A stretch of 64,000 bases of DNA from Bdellovibrionota bacterium (lineage in GTDB: Bacteria; Bdellovibrionota_C; UBA2361; JBGSMV01). This document shows positions 1 through 9,686 of the stretch, piece after piece (within the stretch, counting starts at the first letter, position 1; each line of letters starts with the position of its first letter). Below the pieces are notes generated by a model, which had not been told where the DNA came from, did not search any database, and saw only the letters and a program-made list of their open reading frames with translations. The position numbers and the translations under genes were made by a program. The DNA lies in contig JBGSMV010000043.1 of assembly GCA_041739995.1 (NCBI GenBank), positions 1-64,000 of the forward strand, read 5' to 3'.

Positions 1-1
1 G

Positions 2-223
2 ATAGACCCCTTCTATAGACCCCAGAGGTCAGGCAAGCGCATGTGCTGCCTGAGTGAAGACAGAGCTCAGAGGGTAGAGTTCATAAACTTTTTAAAGGAT
101 CTCTACGCACGAGCCAGTGAGGTGCTCCAGCGTTGGAGGCAAGGAGACTTCTCGGTTCCCTTTCCCCCAGGGCTTTATCCTCCGTCGTTTCCTAAGCTCG
201 TCGAGCCACTAGCAGCTTGGTAG
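2..223 (+). mobile_element. C-terminal fragment of a probable Y1 (IS200-like/RAYT) transposase, 5'-truncated by the window edge
   Basis: The frame is open from base 2 (IDPFYRPQRSGKRMCC...). It ends in 'LQRWRQGDFSVPFPPGLYPP', which resembles the WRxGx3VxFPxG C-terminal motif of RAYT-like transposases. GC-rich hairpins follow. The catalytic HUH/Tyr motifs lie outside the window. Confidence 0.55.
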
Positions 224-362
224 CGAACCTCCACCATCACACCACCCTCGATTCCCCGGTCGAGACGCACGGCGTGTGCCTGCGGTTCGGTGCAGCTGCG
301 CTGATGACGCTGCGCGTTGGGATCTTTATGCTCTGAGGGCTGGCGCTCCCTTTAGTTCGCTT

Positions 363-415
363 GATGTCCCTTCGGGGCGTCTGGGGTGTAGCCCCGGTAC
401 AGAGGGGGGGGGCTA
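363..415. repeat. Cluster of GC-rich hairpins and a G9 run (possible element end, REP-like sequence or terminator)
   Basis: gatgtccc-ttc-ggggcgtc (363-381), ctgggg-tgtag-ccccgg (381-397), tagcccc...ggggcta (389-415), poly-G at 404-412. Confidence 0.45.
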
Positions 416-2269
416 ATGCTGCTTTCGTAGCCGTCTGGCTCTCTGACGTGCGCGCTTCCTTTGGGCACTCAAGGTGAACTTTAATTCATCAACAAGCTGT
501 GCCTCCCAGGCTGGTCTACGAAGCGGCGGTCCAAGTCCGCACGACATCTGACGAGCCCGGACGTTGCTAAAAATTTCTTGCCCCTCACATCGTACTCGCC
601 CAAGCAGATGGATGCTGTAGGAAGCACCAGATAAATCGCACACCGCTCGTCTCAAACCATTCGCGAGAAATCGAGCACGCGCTTGAGTTACCGATCTAAT
701 ATTTCCTAACCTAAGCACCGGACCAAGATCACTGCGATTTTGTCGCGAGGTTCTACCGAACACTGCCACTTCGCACGCGGCAAGAGGATCTCGATTGAGC
801 GTTACCGCACCATCAAGTTGACCATCATCACGTAATTTGAACTGGATTTGAGCCTGAAGAGGATTGGATGAAACCGGGGTGGGAGTCAACGTCGGCGTCA
901 CAGTGGGAGTAGGTGGTGGAGGGAAATTGCCTCGAAAAAATAGTGCGCGCCCGGCGGAGGAACCCGCTGACAAATCGGCAAAAGGCGCCCCAATTCCAAA
1001 ATCAGCGATGTTGTCTCCATTGAGGTCGCAAATATTATCTGGCCTCGGCGCACCCATCAGCGACTCACCAAAGCGCTCGCCTGGAATCGCACCATCAATC
1101 GTATACACGATCGGACATGCCCCTGAAGCAGCGTCAAAATGTGAAATAAAGACCGATCCCTCGGGGGTCGCAAATGGTGCCCCGATAGCGAACTCGATGA
1201 GGTTGTCCCCGTCGATATCGCCCAAGCGCGCGACAGAGATGCCAAAGGCGTTGTTATTCACCGGGGTCATAATAGTACAAATCAAAGTAGGGGCACCACC
1301 GACTACTCCTTTGAAAAGCTGTGCATATCCCGGTCGGGGATTATCGTCATTGACTGGTGCACCCACAAGAAAATCCTCTACTCCATCTCCATCGACATCT
1401 CCTACATTCGCAAGTGACGATCCAAATAAATCTAAAGAATTCAGCCCCTCAATCGTGGTAAGAGTTCCACCGGTTTCACTACTAACCAGATACACCGCAC
1501 CGGCAAATGGCCCGCCATTCCCTGAGAATCCGGGAGCGCCCACCAGAATATCTCGAACACCTCCACCATCGATGTCTTGAATGCTGTCGATCGATGACCC
1601 AAATTGCTCGTCCGTTAGGGAACTGAAAATGGAACGGATTGGCCCTCCACTTTGATTCACATCGTCTAGAAAGACTGCGCCGCTGCCCCCAAATCCAGGA
1701 TCCGAATGGATAAAGTCATTGAGGCCGTCCGCATCCACGTCATCCAAGAGCGGCCGCACCGCAAATCCAAGAGATTGAGTCATCGAGCCCGCGTTAAAGG
1801 GAGTAAATTGTGATGCCCCGTCAGGACCTGCGTATACCGTTACTCCGCTGGGTGTTATGCCGGGAGAACCAGACGGGAAGCCGACTAACAATTCGCTCAA
1901 TCCACCAGTGGCGAACTGAACTCCTCCACTTGCACTCAGTGCAGCCCCAAGACGAGCATCCTGTCCAGGATTGGTAAAAGTTGCCTGATTAACCATCCCG
2001 GTTGGACCATCAACAACCGCGAAGCCACTGTCCGTTGCAGGTCCGGGAAACCCGATCGCCACTGAGGTGGTACTCGCTGCAGCAAAATTGTCGACGCAAG
2101 CAAGAGCAAAACCAAACAGATGGTTGGCACCCACCCCAGTTCGCTCGTAAATAAAAGTAGGCTCAGACGGCGACTGTGCCCATAGGGAAGACGCCCCTAA
2201 TCCAACGGCACAGATGCCAATAGTACAGCTGATAGACAAAGATAACGCTACTCGTAACATGGCAGGCAT
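413..2269 (-). CDS. Secreted FG-GAP repeat (integrin-alpha-like beta-propeller) protein with a PT linker and a basic C-terminal domain
   Basis: Signal peptide; repeated FG...GDxDGDGxxDxxVGAP units; PTPTVTPTLTPTP linker. The start could be 2260-2281. Confidence 0.9.
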   Translation of the reverse strand: MPAMLRVALSLSISCTIGICAVGLGASSLWAQSPSEPTFIYERTGVGANHLFGFALACVDNFAAASTTSVAIGFPGPATDSGFAVVDGPTGMVNQATFTNPGQDARLGAALSASGGVQFATGGLSELLVGFPSGSPGITPSGVTVYAGPDGASQFTPFNAGSMTQSLGFAVRPLLDDVDADGLNDFIHSDPGFGGSGAVFLDDVNQSGGPIRSIFSSLTDEQFGSSIDSIQDIDGGGVRDILVGAPGFSGNGGPFAGAVYLVSSETGGTLTTIEGLNSLDLFGSSLANVGDVDGDGVEDFLVGAPVNDDNPRPGYAQLFKGVVGGAPTLICTIMTPVNNNAFGISVARLGDIDGDNLIEFAIGAPFATPEGSVFISHFDAASGACPIVYTIDGAIPGERFGESLMGAPRPDNICDLNGDNIADFGIGAPFADLSAGSSAGRALFFRGNFPPPPTPTVTPTLTPTPVSSNPLQAQIQFKLRDDGQLDGAVTLNRDPLAACEVAVFGRTSRQNRSDLGPVLRLGNIRSVTQARARFLANGLRRAVCDLSGASYSIHLLGRVRCEGQEIFSNVRARQMSCGLGPPLRRPAWEAQLVDELKFTLSAQRKRARQRARRLRKQH

Positions 2270-2487
2270 GAATCCTCTCAATCGACTAATGTCTCATGCA
2301 AAGGGCGAGACATAGATCACTCCGCCGACCTTAACCGATCTAAGCCTCGGGAGCTTCAATAAAATTCAATCTGAAAATTACACCACTCCTACGATAGATC
2401 GACGCAAAGAGTTGGCGCTGACAGCCGCGGCGAACGCTTCATACGCTGATCGCGACACAGTCAAGTCTCGAGCTTAGCCTCCTTCCC

Positions 2488-3288
2488 TCATGAATGAGCG
2501 GGGCTGTGTGAAGCATCCTGAGGCGGTAGCGCCTCAGACGCTTGGGAAACCAGTGGTGCCCGGACACAGGCCACATATCCGGCCCAAATAAAAAGTAGAC
2601 CTACAAACTCACCGATGTAGAGAGCCTCCACGTAGCCACCCTTCGCCATTCCGCCACCAATTCCAGGTAGAAGCGCACCAAAGGCGATCAATGCATTTCC
2701 CAATGCTCGACCACCGTTGACTCGAGTTGCGGCAAATCTATACGAACTTACAATCGCTGACCCGATCAGAAACACCACTGCATAGCCGTTTATAATCGGC
2801 GTCAACAAACGAACCCATTGCCATTCGAGCGCCGCCCCTCCAGGACGATGGAGTTCTAACAACTCCATCCGAATTGGCGAAAGAAATACAAATATCGAGG
2901 TAAGCAAAATGACCGGCACAGTTCCGATAGTTAATAGGTTCGCCGTTCGCTTAGAGAAATGAAGGTATACCGAGCCCTGCGCCAACGGGTAACCGCCAAG
3001 AATCGCACCGAACACATACCAGAGCTGATTCAGCAACGGAGTATTCCCGTGCAATGTCACCGCAGCTTCAAGCGCCGTGCCACATCCATAGGTAAAAATT
3101 CCGCCCGCCCACCACAAAAGGTGATTCCCGGAACCGGGCCCTCGCAGGCGACGTTGGGTAACGAAACGCCTCATCAGCACTGCAAGAAACAAGATTGAAA
3201 TAATCGTAGTCAAAATCGGAATAAAATGGACTACGTGCAGTGTGTCAAAAAGCGCCCAAGAATTGTTGTTGAGGTCTGCGTTTTCCAT
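2488..3288 (-). CDS. Conserved-looking polytopic membrane protein (about 7 TM), function unknown
   Basis: 266-aa ORF with about seven hydrophobic segments. Confidence 0.8.
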   Translation of the reverse strand: MENADLNNNSWALFDTLHVVHFIPILTTIISILFLAVLMRRFVTQRRLRGPGSGNHLLWWAGGIFTYGCGTALEAAVTLHGNTPLLNQLWYVFGAILGGYPLAQGSVYLHFSKRTANLLTIGTVPVILLTSIFVFLSPIRMELLELHRPGGAALEWQWVRLLTPIINGYAVVFLIGSAIVSSYRFAATRVNGGRALGNALIAFGALLPGIGGGMAKGGYVEALYIGEFVGLLFIWAGYVACVRAPLVSQASEALPPQDASHSPAHS

Positions 3289-3372
3289 CAGGTGTCTAAC
3301 TACCTATTACAAATTCACTTCCCGACTCACTGCTCCAAAAGAATGCTGCGTGAGTCAACGAAGCGGCCGGGA

Positions 3373-5739
3373 TTAAGCAGGACAGCTCGGCGAACCCGCA
3401 CTCCCCGAGTTTTCACACTCTTCAAACGGCTCCGCAAGAAGGTACGGGTTATGTCCCACAGCTGCCGAGGCACACTGAGCAGCAAGGATAGACGAACTTA
3501 CATCAAGAGTAGAACGAGTCTGAATGGCACCTCGACAACTACTCGCCATATTACCACTCGCATCGTAACACGAGTTATCAGGATCCCGCGCCATGAGGGG
3601 ACACCACAACCCACCGCTTTTCATCACCAGACGGGACAGCGAGCCGTTGGGACGTCGAAATACATATCCTGAGCTCCCCAAGTTATTAAACGCATCTTCG
3701 TCGACATTTCCCGAACCAGAAGGCGTAGAACTTACCGCGTTTACATATTCACGACTCGGATATTCGGCATTAAGCCCCGTGAAGCCAAATGCAAGTGCCT
3801 TGGCGTAAGGAAGAAACTCAAAGGCTTCACTTGGGGGGGTGCCGGGATTCCAGGCCGTGACCCCTTCTGCCGTGCTGGCGTTTAGGAAATTTCTAAAGTT
3901 CGGTTCCACATATGAACCCGCCATCAAAACGGTAACGGCGATCTGCTCGTTCTTCAATCTTTCTACGATACTCGGATACGTCGCCCCAGAGCCCGCCAGC
4001 TCAGGCAGCCCCGATTGAGTGCTTCCCGGGATACTGTATCCATCCTCCCCGATTAGTTGCTGCTCAGCCAAAAGATAGTTCGCATAGCCCAGCGGATCTC
4101 CGCTCCCTGTGCATACTCTTCGCGGAGAATTGTCTGGAGCGGGACTGTCGTCTCTCTCGGTGCTCGACAAATGAGTTTCGAACGAGCAAGAGGCAACTCC
4201 GTCAGTGGCAAGAATGATTTGTTTCTTCGCGTTTGCTGGACAGGTAGTAGTGAGATCCTCGATCACCAGATCGAGCACCTCCACCAAATTTGTACTAGAA
4301 GCTATGATATTGCCAGAGGTGAGCGGCACCGAAAAGAATCCATGGTCAACGAAATTTGGATGAAGCTCGGGCGAGTTTTCAACCACATTCCCCGTCGCGT
4401 TGCGCTGGAATGTCCCTCGATTCTCGAGATTAGTTATCTGAATCATGTAGCCCAAATCCTCGGTAAGAGAAATGCCCCCTCCTCCAGTAAGAAACGGAGG
4501 GATGGAGTTGATGGGCTTACCCGCAAAACCTCTCAGCGAGACGCTGTCGAGCGCAGTCTGCTGGTTCTGCAAAGTACGCAACGCCGCATTAAACCCCTGC
4601 ATGTACGAGGTAAACGGTTCGGGTCCCTTGTACAAATCGTCAACGTACTCATCTATTAAGAAAAGTTGATTCCCATAGAAAGCAGACTGATTGGGCCTAA
4701 AATCATCTCGAAAGTGAGTTCTCCCATACGAAGTAACCGCCGACTCTACTTCAGGATCTACGTCGGTTGGATGCGGCGATGCAGAGGGCCAAGGATCGAG
4801 ATCCCCCGGTAATCCTGGAAAGCTTTCATTGTCCCACGGACGCGCTCCTGCTCGGCTAGGCCTCATATTACACCAAAAAATCGAAGCAGGATCATTCAGG
4901 TTAATCCCTCCACCAACGTTAAAGGTACGACAATTAATCGAAGGTAACGCCCCGAGACCACCTGAAGACTGGTCGTAGTAATAGTTAAACGCGAATGCTC
5001 CAGAATTTCCTCCCGGATTGGTGGAGAGCACCACAGGAAATGGCGCGGGAGCGCCCATCGCATTCGCCACAGGCACATGCGTGTCAATGAATGAAGACCC
5101 CGAAAGATCCACCAACATCGACGTACATCTTTGCACGAGAGTGGCAGTCGCAGTCACCTCGATATCGAAAGCTCCTGAGCCGAAAACATTAGTGAAGGGA
5201 GCCAATATCGGATTTGAGGTTGGGGTGCTCACTTTAACCTGCACCGCATTTACCACCGCAGACCCATTTCCAAGTTGTGTATTAGTGGCATTGGGGTACT
5301 TCACGAAGCACGGGAAGTCCTCGCATGGACCTGGATCTTCTAGAGTTGGATCAATCGGATAAAATCTGCCAAAGGTTACCTCAACTCCAGCATCATCAGA
5401 CTCAGCCGACCACGAAAACCGCGCATCGCCAAATGGATTGGCAGCATCCGCAAAAAATCCAGGTGGCTTCCCTCGCGCTACTACCGCACCCACTCGTGCG
5501 AGAACTCTATCTGCCCGATCGACATTTCCCACACTCGAAGAGGTAGTGACCCACTCCTCGATTCCTCCAAGTGCAGCAGCATTTGCAATATTCTGAGCAC
5601 TAAGGCGAATCGACGCAATGATTCCAAGACCAATTGTTAACCCCGCAAGCACCATGAAAAGCAGCAGCGCCGCCCCAAGCAGCACCACAATCATGCCGCT
5701 GTCCAGTTTTCTCAATTTCTCAACGGAATTGCTCATCAC
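3373..5739 (-). CDS. TadG-like pilus-associated protein with a vWA domain
   Basis: Tad-like N-terminus (SG-MIVVLLGAALLLFMVLAGL...QNIANAAALGG); MIDAS-like VDLSGS and IILATDG motifs. Confidence 0.8.
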   Translation of the reverse strand: MMSNSVEKLRKLDSGMIVVLLGAALLLFMVLAGLTIGLGIIASIRLSAQNIANAAALGGIEEWVTTSSSVGNVDRADRVLARVGAVVARGKPPGFFADAANPFGDARFSWSAESDDAGVEVTFGRFYPIDPTLEDPGPCEDFPCFVKYPNATNTQLGNGSAVVNAVQVKVSTPTSNPILAPFTNVFGSGAFDIEVTATATLVQRCTSMLVDLSGSSFIDTHVPVANAMGAPAPFPVVLSTNPGGNSGAFAFNYYYDQSSGGLGALPSINCRTFNVGGGINLNDPASIFWCNMRPSRAGARPWDNESFPGLPGDLDPWPSASPHPTDVDPEVESAVTSYGRTHFRDDFRPNQSAFYGNQLFLIDEYVDDLYKGPEPFTSYMQGFNAALRTLQNQQTALDSVSLRGFAGKPINSIPPFLTGGGGISLTEDLGYMIQITNLENRGTFQRNATGNVVENSPELHPNFVDHGFFSVPLTSGNIIASSTNLVEVLDLVIEDLTTTCPANAKKQIILATDGVASCSFETHLSSTERDDSPAPDNSPRRVCTGSGDPLGYANYLLAEQQLIGEDGYSIPGSTQSGLPELAGSGATYPSIVERLKNEQIAVTVLMAGSYVEPNFRNFLNASTAEGVTAWNPGTPPSEAFEFLPYAKALAFGFTGLNAEYPSREYVNAVSSTPSGSGNVDEDAFNNLGSSGYVFRRPNGSLSRLVMKSGGLWCPLMARDPDNSCYDASGNMASSCRGAIQTRSTLDVSSSILAAQCASAAVGHNPYLLAEPFEECENSGSAGSPSCPA

Positions 5740-5816
5740 TTGCTTCTAGTCCTCGAACAGTATTATCCGACAGAAACCACCGCAATCGAAGACTAACCTC
5801 ACGAACAAAATAAAAC

Positions 5817-7403
5817 CTAGCCTGACCCACCTACTGGACAAGTACCGGTACATAAACCAGAGATTTGACAACACAAACAACACACTCCGCTGCTTGGAGG
5901 ATCCTTAGAGCATGCCGCCCCCCCCATTGCGCCTCCGCACGTGTTATTCCCACATTCAGTATAGCAAAGCGGCAACGGCGTACTTGTAACAGTCGGCGTG
6001 TTGGTTACTGTCGGTGTTCGCGTAGGCGTTCGCGTCACCGTCGGGGTAAGCGTTACGGTACTGGTCCGCGTAGGTGTCCTGGTACGCGTCGCGGTCGCCT
6101 CACTAGTTTGCGTCGGTGTCGACGTAATTGTCGGAGTCAACGTAATTGTAGGTGTCAGCGTGATAGTCGGTGTTGGTGTAATTGTCGGCGTCAGCGTGAT
6201 TGTAGGTGTTTGAGTCACTGTCGGTGTGTTTGTCGGTGTGCCCGTTGGCGGCTTCGTCGACGTGTTAGTTGGAGTCTGGGTGATCGTCGGCGTTGAGGTA
6301 ATTGTCGGAGTTAAGCTCGGTGTAAACGTCTGAGTTACCGTCGGTGTAAGGGTATTAGTCGCTGTATTGGTAACCGTTGCGGTAATTGTTGCCGTCGACG
6401 AAGCAGTCGCTGTTGAAGTGATCGTCGGAGTCTCTGTGATAGTCGCGATCGACGTCACAGTCCCGGTTTGAGTTGGAGTACTGGTCACGGTCGTCGTAGG
6501 CGTCTCAGTCGGCGGCACCACGGAAGTAGAGGTGCTGGTTGGCGCTATGGTCGGAGTAAATGTCGGCCCAGTCGTCGCCGTAGGCAACGGCGCACTGGGG
6601 CTGCCCACCCCGAACTGCCTAGTGGTTCTAAATCCGAACTGCATGGCCTGAATACGTAGTTCAGGCATAACTGGCGTCACTGGCTTGAAATTGACTTCTA
6701 TAAGCAGCGCCACAGGATTAGTTTCTAGAATTTGCCCCCATGATTCTCCGGGCTGGGGCCAGCCGGTGCCGGAGCCTGACTGGCATTTTGCGGTACTAGA
6801 AGGCGCGCAGGGTCGTGTGGGGTGCTCAATAACTCGAATAGGATCGGTTCCAACTTCGCGCACTCGCTCCCCCGGGCGAAGAAAAGCTACATCAAGCGTT
6901 CTCCATGCTGGATCAGTCGATAATCCAGAACCAAACGTCCCTGCTTCAAGATTGCATTCGTAATCAGAGGGGGCGAAGTGTTCCCACTGCACCAGCGACG
7001 CATAGCTATCTGATCCGCTGGGCGAGGTGAAAGCTCGAATCCGCTCAAGAACCCGATCCGCCACACGCCCAAACTGCGCCTCATAGAACCCGCAATTGTC
7101 CCTCTGACCTTGCGGACGAGGGCAGCCCTTGGGGTCACACGTAATAGTCTCCCCACCAGACCCAGTCATTGAACTCGCAGAAGTGGCAACCTCAACTTCA
7201 ACCTTCGCTGCCCAGTCTGCACCCGACTGCGCAGCCCAATTGAGCATGCCGCTAATTAAAAAATACCTTGCAAAGTCTATGAGAGCGAACAGAAATATAA
7301 GAAACAAGGGCACGGCGATCGCAGCTTCCACATACGAAGCTCCGGGAGACGTCTCTTGCCCACGGCAAAGTCGCAATAGTATCTTGCCGGGTTGGTATTT
7401 CAT
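5817..7403 (-). CDS. TadE-like minor pilin with a long Thr/Pro-rich region and a Cys-rich C-terminus
   Basis: G-ASYVEAAIAVPLFLIFLFALIDFARYF prepilin motif; about 200 aa of T/P repeats; 10 Cys in the last 50 aa. Confidence 0.85.
   Translation of the reverse strand: MKYQPGKILLRLCRGQETSPGASYVEAAIAVPLFLIFLFALIDFARYFLISGMLNWAAQSGADWAAKVEVEVATSASSMTGSGGETITCDPKGCPRPQGQRDNCGFYEAQFGRVADRVLERIRAFTSPSGSDSYASLVQWEHFAPSDYECNLEAGTFGSGLSTDPAWRTLDVAFLRPGERVREVGTDPIRVIEHPTRPCAPSSTAKCQSGSGTGWPQPGESWGQILETNPVALLIEVNFKPVTPVMPELRIQAMQFGFRTTRQFGVGSPSAPLPTATTGPTFTPTIAPTSTSTSVVPPTETPTTTVTSTPTQTGTVTSIATITETPTITSTATASSTATITATVTNTATNTLTPTVTQTFTPSLTPTITSTPTITQTPTNTSTKPPTGTPTNTPTVTQTPTITLTPTITPTPTITLTPTITLTPTITSTPTQTSEATATRTRTPTRTSTVTLTPTVTRTPTRTPTVTNTPTVTSTPLPLCYTECGNNTCGGAMGGAACSKDPPSSGVCCLCCQISGLCTGTCPVGGSG
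5980..6600 (-). repeat. Low-complexity coding repeat (TPTITL/TPTVTx units)
   Basis: Degenerate 18-bp periodicity encoding TPTITL repeats. Confidence 0.85.
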
Positions 7404-7599
7404 AAAGCGTCTAGAGAGGTTCGACTATCGAATTGAGCACAGCCCCCCTAGAGTACTGACTACCGCCTCTCTCCCGCAAGAACTTGCTACGAATTGCCAG
7501 CGCAATGATTCTGTTTGAACTCTCAGCTCTATGTGTGAGCACTACAACACAGCGGAGCGAGAAGCACTGAAAACGGCAAACCTATTTATCTAAGCGGTT

Positions 7600-8283
7600 T
7601 CAGTTCATGAGCTCAAACCCGATGTCTGTACCAATATCCACCGAGGCGCAGGTGATAAGCTTCGCGGACTTGTCGAGTGCTTCCGTCCCCTCCTTACAGT
7701 AGCCATCGAGCCCACTACACCCTCCGCACGCCGAGCCACCGCTACTGCCTCCAGGAGGAGCGGCGGAACAACTGCTCCCCACCATGAGTGTGCCATCTGG
7801 GCAGTATAGGGTAGAAGGATTCCGAAACTCGGGGCTTGCACTTGCTGCCAAGTTATCGCCGAGCACCGGCATCGTCGCCGCCGCGGCAAACCCGGTTGCA
7901 CCGAAGCTACCCATGGGAGCCCCAAGAAACTGCCCCTGGTATCCAACCTTGACCAGGTCGCCACGCCCATCACCATCCGAGTCCTCAAACTCCACCGAGA
8001 AGTCTGAAGCCTGAACGCCGTTGATAAGTACCTCTTCCGTAATTCCCGCTCGCAAAAGCAGCTCTCCGAGAGATCTTACCTCGCTGTTTGAGGGGGAAAG
8101 TGAGCTAAGACCTGCGGCGAACAAAGCTGCGTTGAAAGTCGTCTGTGAGGCCGAGCCATAGTAGGAAAGCTGTCGACCAGTGAAGACCATACCTCCCACG
8201 AGCATCACAAGCATCGGCACACAGAGCACCAGCTCCACCAATGATGCCCCGCGCTCTCGTTGTCCAGATCTTCGAATCTCCAC
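7600..8283 (-). CDS. TadE-like minor pilin with a Cys/Gly-rich C-terminus
   Basis: RG-ASLVELVLCVPMLVMLVGGMV prepilin motif; six Cys in the C-terminal part. Confidence 0.85.
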   Translation of the reverse strand: MEIRRSGQRERGASLVELVLCVPMLVMLVGGMVFTGRQLSYYGSASQTTFNAALFAAGLSSLSPSNSEVRSLGELLLRAGITEEVLINGVQASDFSVEFEDSDGDGRGDLVKVGYQGQFLGAPMGSFGATGFAAAATMPVLGDNLAASASPEFRNPSTLYCPDGTLMVGSSCSAAPPGGSSGGSACGGCSGLDGYCKEGTEALDKSAKLITCASVDIGTDIGFELMN

Positions 8284-8399
8284 ATCTCATATAACGGCAT
8301 TTTACTAGTAAACCTGACGCAGAATATTTTGGCATTGATAGAATGTGATTGGCGCGTATAGGAGCTAGTGAGATTGCCTGCTGCGCCTAAGAAATACCC

Positions 8400-9686
8400 T
8401 TAGGCGCCCTGCATGCGAATGCGAACGGTAGTCCCAGCGCCCTCTACGCTCTGGACTTCAAGTACTGCACCATGGGCCTCAAGGATGGACTTGGCTGTGG
8501 TAAGACCGAGCCCAAGCCCTCCTGAACGAAACTGCAGACTCCCAGACGAGTGCGCCATGGACGAGCCCACCTCATAGAAGCTGTCGAAAACCGCGTCCAG
8601 CTGGTCAGTAGGGATACCAATCCCGGTATCTGCTACCTCAACGACGATGACGCCCATGCCTCTGCGGCCCGTCACTCGCACCGAACCTCCGTCGGGCGTG
8701 AAGCGAATTGCATTGTGGACGATGTTCCTCAAGGCAAGCGAAAACAATACTTCGTCCCCCATCACCACGAGGTCACTGGGCAACTCATGCTGTATAGACA
8801 GCTTTCGCACCGCATTCGCTGCGCTCGTGAGCTCACTCACCACACTTTCACACGCCGCGCTAACCGAAAGCTCTTTCTTTGCGCTTACGAGTGTTGATTT
8901 AGAAACCACATTCGAATTACGTATCTCCGTCACCAACCTCGTCAATCTCTCGACACTCTCGCGCAAGCGCTCACCAGACTTCTGCTGCTGCTCTGACGAA
9001 AGAGCTCCTCGCACAATGAGATCGCTGGTTGCTTGAATCACTCCCAACGGCGTTCGAAACTCATGGCTTATGACCGTCAACATCTCATCGCGCTTGCGTT
9101 TTAGAGCTTCAAGTCGCTGTTGCTGAACCTGCGCTCTCTCTCTGAAAAGAGCACTCTCAATTCCCATGACTATCAGAGGTGCCAGGCACTCAAGCAGCTC
9201 AAGATCGTCTTCCGTAAACGACCCTCCCGTCTTATTCATCACCTGCAGCGCACCAATGCGCTCGTGTCCGGTTCCCGTAAGAGGGACACACACCATCGAG
9301 CGAGTCTCGTATCCGGAGCGTTCGTCTACATCCTTAAAAAAGCGCGGATCTCTCCCCGCGTCTTCAGAGCGTACCGACTGCTGTTGCTGAATTACCCAGC
9401 CAACGATTCCACGGTCTATCGGAATAACTTCACTCTGTAGGCTAGTGGCACCCCCCTCAGTCACCCACATGCGCAAGGTCGTTCGACCCGGCTCAATAAG
9501 ATAAAGAGTTGCCGCATCGGCCTGCAGTTCGGTTTTGAGATGCCTCAAGGCAAGGGTGCGGGCCTGAACGGCCTGCAGACCGGACGTAAACAAAAGGGGT
9601 AGCCGTGAGAGGAGTTCGTATCGACGGTGCATCCGCTCAGTCGAGCATGCGTCCGGAAGCGAGGAGCTCACATCGCCATCACTCAT
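8400..9686 (-). CDS. GAF-domain sensor histidine kinase
   Basis: GAF (GIVGWV...RFFKDVD...TRSMVCVPL...LQVMNK); H-box ISHEFRTPL; N-box NAIRFT; G-boxes DTGIGI and GLGLGL. The ATG at 9686 overlaps the upstream stop. Confidence 0.95.
   Translation of the reverse strand: MSDGDVSSSLPDACSTERMHRRYELLSRLPLLFTSGLQAVQARTLALRHLKTELQADAATLYLIEPGRTTLRMWVTEGGATSLQSEVIPIDRGIVGWVIQQQQSVRSEDAGRDPRFFKDVDERSGYETRSMVCVPLTGTGHERIGALQVMNKTGGSFTEDDLELLECLAPLIVMGIESALFRERAQVQQQRLEALKRKRDEMLTVISHEFRTPLGVIQATSDLIVRGALSSEQQQKSGERLRESVERLTRLVTEIRNSNVVSKSTLVSAKKELSVSAACESVVSELTSAANAVRKLSIQHELPSDLVVMGDEVLFSLALRNIVHNAIRFTPDGGSVRVTGRRGMGVIVVEVADTGIGIPTDQLDAVFDSFYEVGSSMAHSSGSLQFRSGGLGLGLTTAKSILEAHGAVLEVQSVEGAGTTVRIRMQGA

Noticed and set aside
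864..1580. Long antisense ORFs (also 4057-4659, 28487-29170, 34372-34965, 35680-36252, 37905-38504)
   Set aside because: Shadow frames opposite well-supported genes.
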